DNA of 64,000 nucleotides, from the NCBI GenBank assembly GCA_001643675.2, contig LSRY02000011.1, positions 1,550,001 to 1,614,000 on the forward strand, written 5' to 3'. Positions within the stretch are counted from its first letter, which is position 1; every line of letters starts with the position of its first letter. This stretch comes from Monocercomonoides exilis PA203. Taxonomy: Eukaryota; Protista; Preaxostyla. A program made the translations under genes and the position numbers. The notes under the pieces are model-generated. The model made no database searches. It saw only the letters and a program-made list of their open reading frames with translations, and was not told where the DNA came from. This document shows positions 26,501 through 41,500 of this stretch, one piece after another.

Positions 26501-29500
26501 CCCAATCAAATTCGATCATTCCATTGCTCAAATAGTGAACACCTCTTTCTTCAAACACAGTTGATGCAGTGCAAATTGATCGGAGAATCTCGTCTCGCTG
26601 CTTTCTCTGGAAGAATGAAAGAAAGCGCGGTGCAAATGCCTCAGAAGACGAGTACATGCAACCATTCCGTGATGGATACGAATGAAGAATTGAGGCAAAT
26701 GGAATGAGAGTCGAGTTAGTTGGTGGAAAGAATGAAGAGATGATGGAAGTAAACGGTGCAAGATAAGGAACGTTCAGTGTCTTTGAAGTTCCTGTTCCTC
26801 TCAAAGAAGAATGGAGTGTAGGCCCCTTTTGATCCTTGCTTGATCCATAAGACGATGCTCCAAGTGGATTGGCAATTGGTCTTCCCATGAAAAGAGTTAA
26901 AAATAGCTTTAAGTCGATTTCTGTAAGATACGTATCCAAAGAAGGCACTCCTGTTTCCATAACAAACGAATTACGTGAATACATTGTCGATATAATCTTT
27001 TGCAAGAGATTTATTGCTGGACGGCGTGTTGAAGGTGCTGAATTGTTTCCGGGTGTCAATTGCAAAAATGAGGGACTTTCGGCCAACATTCCTCGTTCGA
27101 CATCACCAAACGCACTGGACATGGCTTCTGAAGCTGAGCGATGAAGAATGGCCATCCATTCAAATGAATCACTTGAATACTCCAGTGAGTTCGATTCACG
27201 AGAATTAGGATTAGACGAAGTTGTTGACGATGCGGGAGAAGGAATTTGCGAAAACAGATTGTATTCGTTGGCTTGCTCCCTTTCGATCGCTCCAAGCTGA
27301 ACAAATAGAGCAGCTAACGAGTTTGAAAAGGGGGCATATCTGAATGAATGAGATGATGTAGTCGCAGAAAACGGAGATGAACGAGATGAGTGTGCATGAA
27401 TAAACGGATGTGCAGGTATCTCAAGTTGATCCTGATCCTTCCCAAAGCGATAGATGGGCTCTTCTTCAAATGTGACTTCCATCATAGAATCTGATTTTGT
27501 TAGCGGCATTGTTGCAAAAGACTTTGAGGAATTTGTCATTGCAGATGCTGAATAAATTCGAGTACCAGACAGAGTATATGACATCATCCGCAGGCATCTA
27601 TCTTGCCACAAAATATTCTCTTCCAACCCTTCAACTGTGCACAAATTTGTAAATGTCGCAGAAAATTCTTTGTCTTCCATTTTTGAGCCAATGATTCTCT
27701 CTTTTCTGCTGATATACTTTCTATCATGCTGACAGGAAACACGAGAGGTTATATCAATTTCAGCCAAGTTTGCTTCTTGCTTTTTGGATTGCAAAAATGA
27801 ATTTCTATCTCTTTTATTCATTCCATTACTTGTGAATCTTTTTTGTGTTGAAGAATTAAAAGCTTGATCTTTTCTGTTAATTGGATTCAAGTTTCTGACA
27901 ACTCCAACAAAAGGTATGTCAACTCCATTTGGAGGGATCGATGTGTATATTCTCGATATCCACATCTGCATCTGCTGCACCTCTTTTCTAAGCTGATAAA
28001 GTTTAATCTGATCACTCCAATTTGAAGGATTTGGGAAAGATGAAAGCGTTTCAAAAGGAGAAACGCTAAAACTGGCAAATGCGTCAAGTAAACAATATCG
28101 CTGGAAGTGAGGCAAAGGATATAAGCATGGTTTGAGGATGGAGCAAACAGATTGTCGAGCCCAAAGCGGAATAGCTGATTGTGATACAAGATAAGGTGAA
28201 ACAGTCGTCGGAGGCAGAGATGGAATGAATGGAATAAACGGCTTTCCAGCTGTGCTCTTCGCAGCGTCTGTATTTGAGTTAGAATTTGAAGGTGAACTCC
28301 TAATAGAAGAGGATTCATTGGCTTCATCTTTGTCAAGAGAGGAGTAATTGCAAAATGATGAGCTCCCATATGATTGCATTGGCACAGACTCATTGAAGAA
28401 AGGTGGACTAAGAAGCATCCCTGAATGTTGTGTTGGAGGTGAGAATGGCGAATCTTTGTATGACATTTGCAAATTTTCTTGTATTGAAGATGGAATGCCT
28501 AATAAGCTATAAGGGAGAAAGATATTTCCTTTCGTGCTAAGCAGCTCCTGGCTGTTTCCTGCAGCTGATAGGTTGCCATCATTTCCTGTACATCCGCGAT
28601 TGCTTGGCAGACAATTTTTGATCTGTTGATTTTTTTGAATTGGAGAAATGTGTTGCGTTGATCTTCTGTTCAGCATTGACTGTTGGTTTTCGAAAGCATA
28701 AGCTTTCTCCTGGTTGCTCCTGTTAGTGCTTCTTTCATTCAATCGGTTCGATAATTGTGCACGAAGCAATTGTGGATGACAAACAGAAAATGAACACTGA
28801 TCTGTAGATGCCTTGCCCTGACACTTGGAATTTGAAGGGAAAGAAGAGAATTCAGATTCTGTCTCATGTGAATTCTTATGATAAAATACTTTATTCAGTG
28901 ACAAAAATGTCTCAAAAAAGAATATAACAGGAGGAGAAGACTTTGCAAAAGGAGAAGCGCTGAACACATTCTGCAACTGATTGAGTGTGCGTTGCATATT
29001 CTGTTGAGCTGAAGAAGAGAAAGATTTTTGCGAGCTTGAGCGAATAGTCGAATAATTTTTCAATGAAGATGGTGCAAGATTATGATCAGAAGATTCTTTT
29101 CCATTAACCATCATATTTCCACTTGTCGGTTCCCCTGAGCGTGAAGGGAATGATGAGACGACTTGAAGTTTGTGAACGGTTTTAGGTGGAAAATGAGGGT
29201 TTCCAACGGAATATTTATCTTCAGAAGCGATATTAAAAAGATTATTCTGAGATTTTAATTGAGGCGAGTGAACATATGTTGAGTAAAAGTTATCAGGAAC
29301 TGTCGTCACATCCCAATCAGCCAGTGCGGAAGGAGGCAGAACAGTTGAAGGCGAAGAAAATAGTCGAACTGTTGACACAGAGCTCATTCGAAGAGTGTCA
29401 GAAATTGTTGAAGTGGGAGAGAAAATAGCATACATCGGGTGAATTTTCCTGAGCGATGTTGGATGAGGAAGCAGAATGGTGCTGAAACGAGGAAGAGGTT

Positions 29501-32500
29501 GCTTTGATTCCTTTGCACTTGAGGATGGTATTTTCGTTGCAATTAAAGGATTGAAAAAGTTAATCCAATGCATGAAAGGAGAATAACTTGACTTGTCAGG
29601 AGAAGGTGCTGAATCTTCTTCGGTTTTACTTGCTTCAATAGCGTTCAACTGCTTTGGTTGTGTGGAACTCATTTTAATATTTAGAACAAATGGATATCGG
29701 AATTGTGGAATGATTGGTGGTAGCAAGGCGAAAGTGGAGCTGGTTACATTAACAGATAAGATGTCAAATGGAATTTTATGGTCTGAAAGAAGAGCAGACG
29801 CTGTCTGTTGCATATTGAATGTTGAAGGGGCCCGAATGATTTGTTGCACTTGGCATGACGCAGAAGACTCGTTCATCAAAGCATCCGTCTTGCTAATGCG
29901 CTTTGATGAAGTCAATGTTCCTGATTTTAAAGTTGGTGTGGTGTGCACAGAACGAGAAAGCTGAATGTTAGCTCCTGAAGGAGAAACAGAAGAATGCGAT
30001 GGCGACAGGGAACGTCTCTTTAAGATAGCTTTTTTCGCTTTTCTTTCAAGAATAGATAGATTTTTCCGTTTTAGTATTAATTTGGATTCTGGTGAAAGAT
30101 CACTTCTGTGAAGGTGCAAGTCATCTTTTCTGTCTTTCTTCATGCTTTCTTTTTGAATGCTTTCTCTTCTGTAATCATTCATAACTGAGTCTGTGATTGT
30201 GGTAGCATCCACACAGCGTAAATTTCCTTCAACACCAATCAACGATATCCAACCGCCCACTTCGCTCTTTCCACTCATCATGTGCATGTACAAATATTCC
30301 CAAGCAGTGAGAAAGCAGGCAGAAATAAACGCATCCTCTTTTTCCTGATTCAAATTGTTTTCATTTGATGAAGAGCTAGCACTTTGACTTTGAGAATTTA
30401 ACGTATTCTTTTGATCGTTAAGCAATTCATCAAGAGAAGTTTGACATTTCGAACATTGACTTTCAGAGCAACTCGCATTTTTATTAAGCAGTTCCGGAGC
30501 TATTTGACTGGCAGGAATTGCTGGAGAACTTTTGCTCGATGGAACAAAAATAGTTGAATTAAGCATCTGGTTTCCATTCTGCATTTCACTCTCATTTTTA
30601 AGACTATCTTTTGTGGTTGTACTCTTTGTACTCTTTTTGCCTTTCTCTCTGTCAGTCTGATTTTTTGCTGATTGAGATCCCGTGTTATTTTGTGTTGCAT
30701 ATCTTTTCTGAGTTTCAGACATTGTAATGTTTTGTTCACAAACATATATTTCAGCCCACTCGCTGACAACTGGGTGCTCAAAGCAAGCAATGAATGTATG
30801 AATGACAGCAGATATCCAGTCGAAGTCAACTTCACTTGGACTCAAAACAGACTTTGTAACACCAAAGTAATGCTGTTGCATGAAGCTATTTTGATCTTTT
30901 TGCGATTCAATGGAAGGAAGTGAACTTGAGGCTGGAGACGAGCTTGCGCTTTCTGTTCTTGCATTTATGTTTGATGCGCTGCATTCTTGTGTTGCTTTTT
31001 GATCATTTTGAGATTTATTAAGTGAAGTTGTGGATAATTTGACGTCTTCAATTCGTTTAGTCAGCACCCACATTTCCCTGAACAGTCGCAACACATCAGG
31101 AACAGCAGTGAAAAGCGCACTGAGCATTTCCAATGAGACAACAGGAAGAGGCGTTGTAATAGAAGATACTGATGATAATAATCTCGTTTCATTGATTGAA
31201 GGATTTGCCTGTGGATGTTCGCACAAACATCTTCGAAGAAGAAGAAACAGCGAGGAAAGATAAACTGTTAGATGATCAACAAGCGATTCACTCTGAATTG
31301 CGCTGCAGCTTCTTGAAGATAAAAATGATGGAATGCTTTTCAAAGAATTTTCCTCCCCGAAAAGTACATTTCCTTTTAAGTCTAACTTTCCAAGTGATTG
31401 CAAGGTCATATCTACTGAATACCCAACCATCATTTGTATTTCAGCAACCAATTCTTTGAAGAATAACTGTCTGAGTGGAGATGCTGGGGATACAAGAGAG
31501 TGAAGAAGATCAATAAGAACATTTGAAGGAGTGCGTGGAACAGGTGATAAAGGAGGGAACGATGATAGCAGCCGGAAAAGTGAAGTCAGAAAGAGGGGTG
31601 GAATGTTCAAAGCAACATCGTCATTGAATTGAAAATTATTTAAATACTCTCCTGAAAATGAAGATATCCCATCTGTTTTTGAATTCAAGAAAGGATGATA
31701 ATTCAAGAAAGAATGAGGAATTTTATGTCGCTGAAGATAGTCATCTCGTTGAAAGTGAGATGCAAAGGATAAAGCAAACACCACCGATTTAAACAGAGCA
31801 GGATCAGAACCATTGATCGTTTTGAGGAGATGCAGCCAGACGGATACCATGTGATGTGTCTGAGAAGATAACAGAAGGGGAGCAAAAGGTTGGAACGAAT
31901 TTCTAACTGACACAATGGAAGATAGAGATGCCCGTTGAACAAGTGAATGATAGGCGTCCAGATCGTCATCTTCTTCAGAGCACTCTTCATTGTTGTATTT
32001 ATTGAGTTCTTCAGTGTAATGATTGCTCAAGTTACCTTCATCCACCTTCGCTCCTGGTTCACGAGTACTTTTCAGTGGCTCTTTGAATATTTCTGTAAAT
32101 TGTCTAAGAACACGTCGACTTTTATTCACAACGTCATCCGCAAATTGAATCATTAGGAATTCTTTTGTACTTTTTTCTGTTCCATTTACTAGAATATTGG
32201 AATTTAATGACCAGTTCATGAAACTGTCTTCATTGATTTCCTGAGACATAAAACAATGACTCTTTTCATTATTTCTTTTCGTTCGTTCATTCATAAATCC
32301 GTTGGTTCTGTTGAATTGCATCGCTTTTTTGCTTTCATTCATTTGAGTCGAATGATTCTCTGATGTTACTGATATACTTTTGTTGTTGCTTGAACCATAT
32401 TGATCTATCAGTTTCAATGAAGGTGATAAAGGAAATTCCATTGATGATGGATGAATAGCCAAATGAAGAACACGATTGAATAAAGTAAATATGAGAGAAG

Positions 32501-35500
32501 CCAACAGCGACAGTCTTGGAGACATTGTTGGCAGTGAAAGCTTCGAAGGAGAAACCCACATTTGAAGCATTTTTTGCTTTAACCCGAGAGGAGATTGCTG
32601 AGATGTTGCCATTATTGATGCGAGCTCAGATGAGAACAAAGAAGCGTGCGAATTTGTCGTTGCATTTTGACTTGTTTCAGTTGAAGTACTCGAAGGCAAT
32701 GGATTGTTTGTCCTGTTTGCTTTGCGGTTATTTCCACGCTTTTTGGTTTGTCTCTGTTGCTGTCGAGAATCGCATTTTTTCTGTGTGTTGCTATTGTTTT
32801 CTTTTCCAATGCGAATGTTTTCTCTCGGAATCTTGAAGTTAGCGTTCTGACTGATTGAATCTCTTTTCTTCATCGGCTTCAATGCAAACACCAGTTTTTC
32901 TTCGGTCAAATTCAACAAATCTTGAGCAGTCAACGAAGATAAAATCGAAGTTAGTGAGAGAATAAACTTCTTCCACTCTGAGTTAGATGCATCATCAGAC
33001 AAAGTTGTTGGAGAAAAGATTGATGAATTTGAAACACTTGCAATAGAAGACGCTGAAAATGCTGAAGAATTTGAGCGTGGCATCCCAATCTTTGGAAGAC
33101 CAGATGTGTTTTGTTCAAGTGTATTTGAGTTTCTGCTTGGATCATCAATTGCCAAAGGAGAAAGATGTGAGGCTAAAGCGGGCTCGTGCGCAGCACTTAA
33201 AACAACAGCATCACATTCTTCTAATAGAATAAATATAAACAGCTTTAAGTTTGTTAAAATTGAAGGACCTGCTGCTTCAGCAAGCACAGAAAGAGGTAAA
33301 AATAGGCGGTTGTCTCGTTTCTTCTTTCGTCTGGATTTCAAACTCGAATTGCTCTTCGCTGATGAAGCTGAAGAGGACGATTGCGCTAAGTTTGGAGGAA
33401 GAAGGAGATTAGGCTTTTCAGACGAGGTTTGTTGATTCTCCATTTCATTTTGTTCATCCTCATATTCCGTTCTTGGAGTTTTCAAACTTTGCTCATCGAT
33501 TTTGGTTGCAACTTTCAACTGTTTCATTTTTCTGATTGTTGAATCTGCTACGCACAGGTTCTTCTCTTCATTGATGATACTTGCAGATGCAAGCATCAAA
33601 TCATTGTGAAACGAAAATGTTGCTCTTATGCCAATACGAATCTTTTCTGCTTCCGATTGAACTGTTTCTAGAGAAAGAGCGAACAAATGGAGAAAGGCCC
33701 CAAGAGATTCAGATGGTAGATAAGGTGCAAGAGACAAAAGCTTTGAAACCCGTTCAAGATATGCAGTGTCTTCTTTTTGGAACTTTGCCATATCACTTTT
33801 CTCAATCAGTAATTGGCCGTTTTGGTTATTCAATGGTTCTGGATTTTCGCAGCGATTATTTTGCATTGCAAAAGAATTACTAAAAGAAAATGGAGGCTGT
33901 GAAGATTGTTGAGTCGTAGCAACATCACCAGCGCCAAATCCCCAAGGCGAATACGTGTTTCTTGGAAATGAAGAAGTCTGAGGAGCCTTGTAGAATGGAT
34001 AGGTGAATGAAGGAGATGGACTAAGTGTGGATTTTTGCTGAAAGTCATGTGTAGGTTGTGGTTGAGTAGAATTCTTTGGAATCATTGAAGATGGCCATTC
34101 GGATTGAATTGATGCTGAAAATGGCATAAAAGATGATAGATTCGAGTTCTGAAGAAATGATTTCACAGAAGGTAGTTGATAAGACAAAACACGAGAAAAC
34201 AGCTCAAATATTGTTTGGATAGTTGCAGCATGAAGAGGAGGTGTAATAGAAACCATTGAAATAATCTTTCTCAAAAAGAGCATTATTCCATCTTCTCTTT
34301 TCTCGTATTCGTCAATCAGCACACTCAAATTCAATGACTCTTCGCTTTCTCCGATTGTGTTGCAATTGCTTTCTTCGCCTGTTGTACAATCATATTCCAT
34401 TTTTGAATGTTTGCCTTCTGATGTTTCGCACTTTTTCTTTTGGAGATGTTGTGAATCATTGGATGGAGCATTTGCATTGTCATCTGTTGAAGATTCAATA
34501 ATCTTATTTGAAAGTGTTGATGCAATAACATTTTTATCTCCTTTTTCTTTTTTCTTTTTTTCCAATGCATTATACATCTCAATCAATTTGTTGATCATTT
34601 TTTTATCCTCCTTTCGAGCATCTTTAAACGCTTCTTTCAGATCTTCTCTGAGAAGTGAGATGCTTGATAGCAACTCCAAAATGCCTTTTGTTACTTCAGT
34701 TTGTTGTTGAGAAGATAAGGCAAATGGTCTGTCGTCCAAAACTCTGAATACATCACTAGATTTTTGTGTTTTATTATCATTTGATGGAGGAAATGGCACA
34801 GAAAATGTGTTGAAAGGAGAAGAATTGTTTAATGACTGATTCTCGTTTGATAGAATATGATTTGATTGTGGAGTGTTCATCAGTTTGTTAAATGCTTTGT
34901 TCGAAAAGTCATCATTTGTGCTTGGCATATGAACGTCCTTTACAGGAGTCTGAGGAATTGTTTTTAATCCAGCAATGTTATTCTGGAAAAGCAAGTCTTG
35001 AGCAGTCATAAAGCAAAGCAAATCACATAATGGAGACAGAAAAGCTGTATCTTGTTGCATAATTGTTGTTGCCTGACGGAGTGCATATTGGAAACGCTGA
35101 AGAAGGAAAAGGGTAGAAAACGATTTATTCGAAAGTGGTGAGGCAACTGATTCTGAAGAATTGATTTGCGGATCTGCCACATCCTGCATTTTTGGAAACA
35201 GAAAAGTCGAAGCGCTCGTTTTTTCACTAGTGTTTTCAATGATATCCATTTTTGTATTTGCTTTTTTCAATTTTTCTTCCATCGTCTTTATGCTTTCCAA
35301 AATCTTCTGAGGCTTTGCCTTCAAAAACATAATGGCTTCAACCTTGCGAGGAATACGTTCCATTCCCCTTCCAAATACCCTAATTTTTGGCTTATCCAGG
35401 AAGGACGGGACAAACGGATCCGACTCTGTCTTTCCCTTTTTCTTTGAAATATCAGGAAGATATAACGTGTGATACGGATTGGGATATAATGAGCGACTGC

Positions 35501-38500
35501 TGAGGATTAAAGGAGTGTATGACAGAATGGGATGACTTAATGAAGCAGAAGGCATTCGATTCCTCATTCCAAAGAATGATGAAGTTGTTCCCATCGAATA
35601 GAAGCGAGGAGCAAGTTCGAACGATGACCAGCGCCACTCGGGAGGAATTTGTGTAAGATTGCATTGCTCAGATAGTACATGTCTCGAAGTCTGAGCGGAA
35701 AGGTTTTGAGATGCTCTTTTTGAAGCAGCGATTGAGTTATTTGCTTCAAGATGGCGAGGCATAAAATAATCGGCGTTAATGGACAATGTTGGTGCATGTT
35801 CATTATATGGATCAAATGCTTTTGCTGTATAATGAATCATTGCGGAAGGAAATTTTTGAATGCTTTCATTTTCGCTTGCATCGCAATAGCTATACGTTTC
35901 TATATCTTTCTCATTTGATCTAGAATTGTGCATCATTGTCCAATAAAAATCCGCTGTTTTCATGCCACTCAGAAAATCATTAAAAGAAGTTATTGCATCT
36001 TTTCTCGCTTTGTCAATCATTTTTCGAGTGATGTTCACTGCAATAGAAAATAATCTAACAACAATTTCACGTCCCTGAAGAAAAACGAGAATGCACGGAT
36101 AGTTTCGAGCAAGCTGGGATAAAAGCTGAATCAATGTGAACAGCATGGATGTGATGTCAGAAATGGAGGTGCATGAAGCACTTTCTGTTGCAGTTGATGG
36201 ATGAGTGTAATTGAGCGCTGGTGAAGCAGCCAATGGAAGCATTTGAGTGCAAATAGCATCATCAACAGATAAGCTAGTGCCAATTAACTTCCAATTTTTC
36301 TTTGAATTGTCAGGCACAAAGGAAGATTCATTTATTGAAGAACGCTTATAACATGTTTCCAATGTGCTAAATAACTGGAAGATGTTCTGACAAATGAGAG
36401 ATGCAAATGACAGAAGATGAATGTCAGACTGTGGGAACACAGATAAAAGAGGCATAACAGTCAGAGGGGCTATCGAAATACCAACAGAACTCGCTTTTGT
36501 GGGATCTGAGCAGAACAATGTTGAATTCATGTATGAATTAGCAGCTTTGCTCGAAGAATCGCTATCATCTTCCATTCTATTTGATGTAGATGATGATGTC
36601 GAAATAGACTTTGAATTAGAAAGGGCATCTTCGTTGAAAAATAGTTCTTCCTTTCCATCTCCTGGCTGCTCCTTTGTTCTCAGCCACACAAATCCATGGA
36701 CGTCAAGTCGCCTCCAAGCATGATTGTTCAGCAGCAAATCAACTTGGTCCATGTCGATATCCTGTCGAGTAGTCACTTTTGGATGCTCAACTTGAAACTT
36801 TCTCGAGAATGGCATTGAACGAGAGCATGGAGAAGAGTCGTTGCTATCAAATGGGAAAGCTGTTAACGTTGGAACAGCTCGTACTGGTTGGCTCGTCAGT
36901 GATTTTGTAAATGTGCAATTGCGCGCTCGAAGAAGATGAAGCATTAGACGATCAGCATCGCCAGGAATAATGATGGCTTGTGATGCATCAGACATCAAAA
37001 AGTGAGGCAATTCAAAAGATGAGTTTGCACGCCCATGAACACTTTGGCTCGGCATGACTTTAACTGGATGTGTTAAAAACAAATTTGAAAAAGATCGAGA
37101 ATAAATGTATGACAAAAGGAGAGAAGGTGCAATTTTGGGCAGTGAGATAAGAACGGCAACAGGCCAATTGAGATATTCATAAAGCATGTTTTGCGAATCA
37201 ACAAAACCAGATGAAGATTCAGATAAAGTTGGTAGCTTATCATTGTTTGTATTGACGTTCACGGTTTTGTTATTATTTCCTTTTCTAAAAGCATGCGTGG
37301 ATGCCCTTTGTGAAATTGCCTCAAAAGATAAACGATCAACAAACGGAATTCCAGTTGAGAATAGCAGCTTTGGTTTAATGCTTTCGACAACTGGGTCTTT
37401 TTCCGCTAAAAAGAGTTCAGAATTCCATCTGGTTTTATGTTGATAAGAAGGACAATTTCTCGATTCAACTATTTTTGATTTTGCAAATCTCCGTGGAAAT
37501 GCACTTTCGTCAACATCGGAGACAATTCTTGAAGGAGAGCGACGTAATATTTCTGTACGATGCAAGCTTGTGTTGAGAGAGAAGGAAGTGAAATGGAGTT
37601 TCAAAGAGATTGTATAAACTTCCTTATTATCAGTTACTGCATTATGTCTCATTATTTCATTTCTTTGACATTTATTGATGAATGACAACCACTCATAAAA
37701 TGGACATACAAATGGATCAGGAGTGTTGTCTTCAAATGCATTTTCAGAAGGCTGATTGGAACGCTGCTTTGTTGACTCTGGCTGAATTTTTACTTCTTCA
37801 TATGGCTCGTTTGAAGAATCAAGACTTAATTTTTTATTAGAAAAGATTTCATCTTTATTGCATGCCTCTTCAAAAGAATGGGATGAAATATTTGGCTTGT
37901 TAACAGTCATATGTGGAATTTCTATGGCAAATTCATGACTGGGCTGTTCGAATCGTGGAAGATTAAGCATTTCAGGAGCCTCAACTAGGCCACTTGTTGG
38001 AAAAGAAATGTCAACTGGCCGCTCGCGAGATTGAAAAGCATCATGTTCAGACGCGTTCTGTTCCATTTGCTGCGGCTGAACTGCTTCCAGCTGAGGCTGA
38101 ACTTCTTGATGCAGGTTCGCGCTTTGGTCTTCAGTTGACATTTGGAGTGCTAAAAGCAAGGCATCCTCATCGCTCATATCTTCCATAAACTGGTGTTCGA
38201 ATTCAACATGAGATGGCTGTTGTTGCTGTGGTTCTAAAGATTGCTCGTGTGGAGATTGAATGTTTGCTTCATTTTGTTGAGGAGATGCATTCAGATTTTG
38301 TTGTTGTTCCACCTGTTGTGCCTGAGTATTTTGTTCCGAATTAGAAGAGTCATTGCTTGAAAGCTCATTGTGAACTTGCTCATTTGATTGGGGCTGCTCA
38401 TTATGAGCTTGTTGTGGAACTGGATCATCTCCTGAAATAGATTGAGACGATGGCAATACCCAGGCTGTATTCGAATGCTCCTGAATTGCTAGAGACTGTG

Positions 38501-41500
38501 ATTGTTCACTTTGTTCTGCTTGATTGTTTTCATGGTGTTCTTCCTGTTGCGGCTGATGCAACAGATTGCTGTTGTTCTGTTGCTGATTTTGTGAAGCATC
38601 TTCCTCTGCATGAATCTCTTCCTGTTGAGATGGCTGCGCCTGTGCCTGTGCCTGTGCCTGTTCCTGTTCCTGATGATTATTTGATTCTTCATCATTCACT
38701 TGATGATCAAATAGCCAAGCTGTTGCATTGTCCAGAGTTAGCTCAGAACCGAGCTCAACGCAGGCTTGTATTGCTCTCGCATGTGTTGTTCCCATTTCCA
38801 TCAGCGTCTCCACAATGATGTCCATGGGCGAGCCAGCATATGGATCTTGCTCTAATCTTCTCATTTCCTGTGCACCCCAACCTAATAAATTCGAATTGTG
38901 CTGTTCATTTTGTTGTGGATGTAAGTTTTGCTCTGGTTGAGCATAAGATGGAAAGTGCATCTCAAAATGTGGCATGTTGGAATTTCCTCCACTCTGGAAT
39001 GAATCAGCTTCAAAGGGTTTGTTTGAAATTGCATCTGTAGAAGATTTAGCTTCACCGTTCAACGAGTCTTTTTTGTCAGTGGTTTCATCTTTTTTTTCCT
39101 TTTCCTTTTGTACTTTTCTCTCTTCTTCTTCAATGAATTCAACTTCCATTGGCGTAAACAAAGAGCCCCAGTTTTGTCTGAATGTTGGGTTGCTGAATGA
39201 AATTGCTTCAGGAACGTTGAAATGAGGCAGAGAACGGCGAAGGAACAATCCTTGAAATGGGTCGGCTTCTTCTGGAATAATCTGTGGATTGTCTGTAAAT
39301 AATCTCTTTTCCTTTTCTACAGCCTCATCTTCGTCAAATTCGATTGAATCGCTTTCACAAGAGAGCAGCTCATGTTCTGATCCTTCCCCTGATTCAGATT
39401 CAGAATCAGATGTCAGTTCTTTTTTGATTGTTTTGCTTTTCTCGTGTTCTAAGCCATCAGTCTTTACACTTTTCTCATTCAAGTCGCTGTCACCTTCTTT
39501 GTCAATAAATGCACTTGCTTTTTCGTATTCTTTCGATTCTGCTTCCTTCGAAGATGTGTGATCTGAAGAAGTTGATTCAGCACTGTTCAAACTCAAAACA
39601 CTTTTTTCGGATGTTGTTTCATTTTTATCTATCTCGGTTTTTTCATCCACATTTTTATCCTTCTGCTTCATTGCCTTCTGTTCAGATAATGCCAAACCAT
39701 CATTATCTGAAGAAACGACAGACAATGTATTTGAAGCTGGAGCATCCTTCTTCTCTGGATGGTAATGTTGATTGAACTTTTTTTGCACCCAATCGTACAA
39801 ATGCTTCAGAGATTGATATCGCTTTGATTTCCACTTCTTGTTGAAGTATTCTTCTCCATAGAAACTTGATTCAACAGCATCTGACACTCGCATGTCGCTT
39901 CCGCTGAAAAGTGTCTGCAAGAAGAGTTCAACAAGGATATCAAGCATCGTGTGTTCCTTTTGATAGCGGAACACGTGAGTAATTGGATTAACAATTGTAT
40001 GTGCAAAAGGTAATGTCCTTCCTGCGAATATGCTAGTGATATCCAGAGAATTGTCAAAATGCAGAACATACAAGCGTTCACCAGGATTGTTGTCTAATCC
40101 CCGTACTTCGCTTAAGTACTGTCCTTTAAATAAATCACAGAAATAATTCGTTTGTTCCATTAATTCGAGAGGAAGAGACTTTTTGAATTCACTGAAAAAT
40201 GATGTGTGTTGCTGGCTTTCTATTTTCTTTTGTTTGTCGGATGCTTCTTCGTTACTCAAATGCTGCAGGATACCATTATTATTGAAGGTACGTTGATGGA
40301 AGACTGAATAGTCATGATGACAGCACATAGGAGTTGGGACAGCAGAAGACATAGCATGTGCAGAAGGGATGAGCAAGTTACAAGAAAGTGTGGATGCTAA
40401 CTGTGCTGTATAAGAGTCTTGTAAAGAATCATCGGTGCGTTTGGGGGGTTCTGCAGATGGTGCCTCTTGCATTGATGACTGAATCTCTTCAAACTTTGCA
40501 AGATTCTCTTTGAGCGTCAATCTTTCTGTGCCTCTTGGACCAATCATCGAAAGATCTTTTCTCAATTTTCTCACACGCCGAAGCATCTTCTTGTGGTCGC
40601 TTTCTTTCACTTCGCAGAAATTTGGAACAGAAACAAGCCATTCGCGAAGCTCTTGCAAAGCTTTCATCAGAATGACGACGCAGTCAGAAGGAAGAACAGA
40701 CATAAATGCCAGCACTTCTGGTGGAAACAGAAGAGTAGTTGGCGAAAGAAACGAGGAGCTTGAGAAAAGTGAGTTAATGTTTGGCGGAAGGCCATTTACT
40801 GCTGAAGTGCAATCGGAATGTGAAGGCGAAAGATGAGAGTCCTGTGATAGTGGAGATGGTGCAATTGAGGTAGAATGGCTTGATAGAGAGAACAATGTTG
40901 AAGCGGGTGTGGATGTGGCTGTTGTGGAAGCTGAAGAGGACAAAGAAGAAGTTGGTGTGGTAATGTTAGATGCAACAGAAGGAGGATTAGCAACGGCGTG
41001 CAAAGGAGTTAAAGACTGGTGTAGTGAAGGAGTATTCGTCTGAAGTGAGTGTGGAGCGGAAAGATTGATTGAAGGTGGCTGTATAGATGTGCCGATGGGA
41101 GTCAGAGACAAATTCTGAGATGAAGAGGAAGAAACGAAAGATGACGATGGAACAGATGTCGGGTGCAGTACATGGGAAAACATGTTATTTCCGAGAGGGG
41201 GGAAGGAAAGTGGTTGGGACACGTTTGCAAAAGGAGGAGAAAACGAAGTGGATGCTACGGACAAAGGCTGGTTGTGAGATGAAGGAGAAATGAATGATGA
41301 AGTGGATGTATGTGTGGATGGATAGCCTGAAGGCGCAAAGGAAGAAGGGAATGCAAGAGATGGCGAAGAAGTCAATGGAGTTGTCAGACAAGCTGCAGGT
41401 GAACGCACACCAGTGAAAAATCTCTGTTCTAATGGTGAAAACTGAAACTGTTGACTTGAAATTGCTGAAGATGACAATCCTGACCTTCTATTTTCAGATA

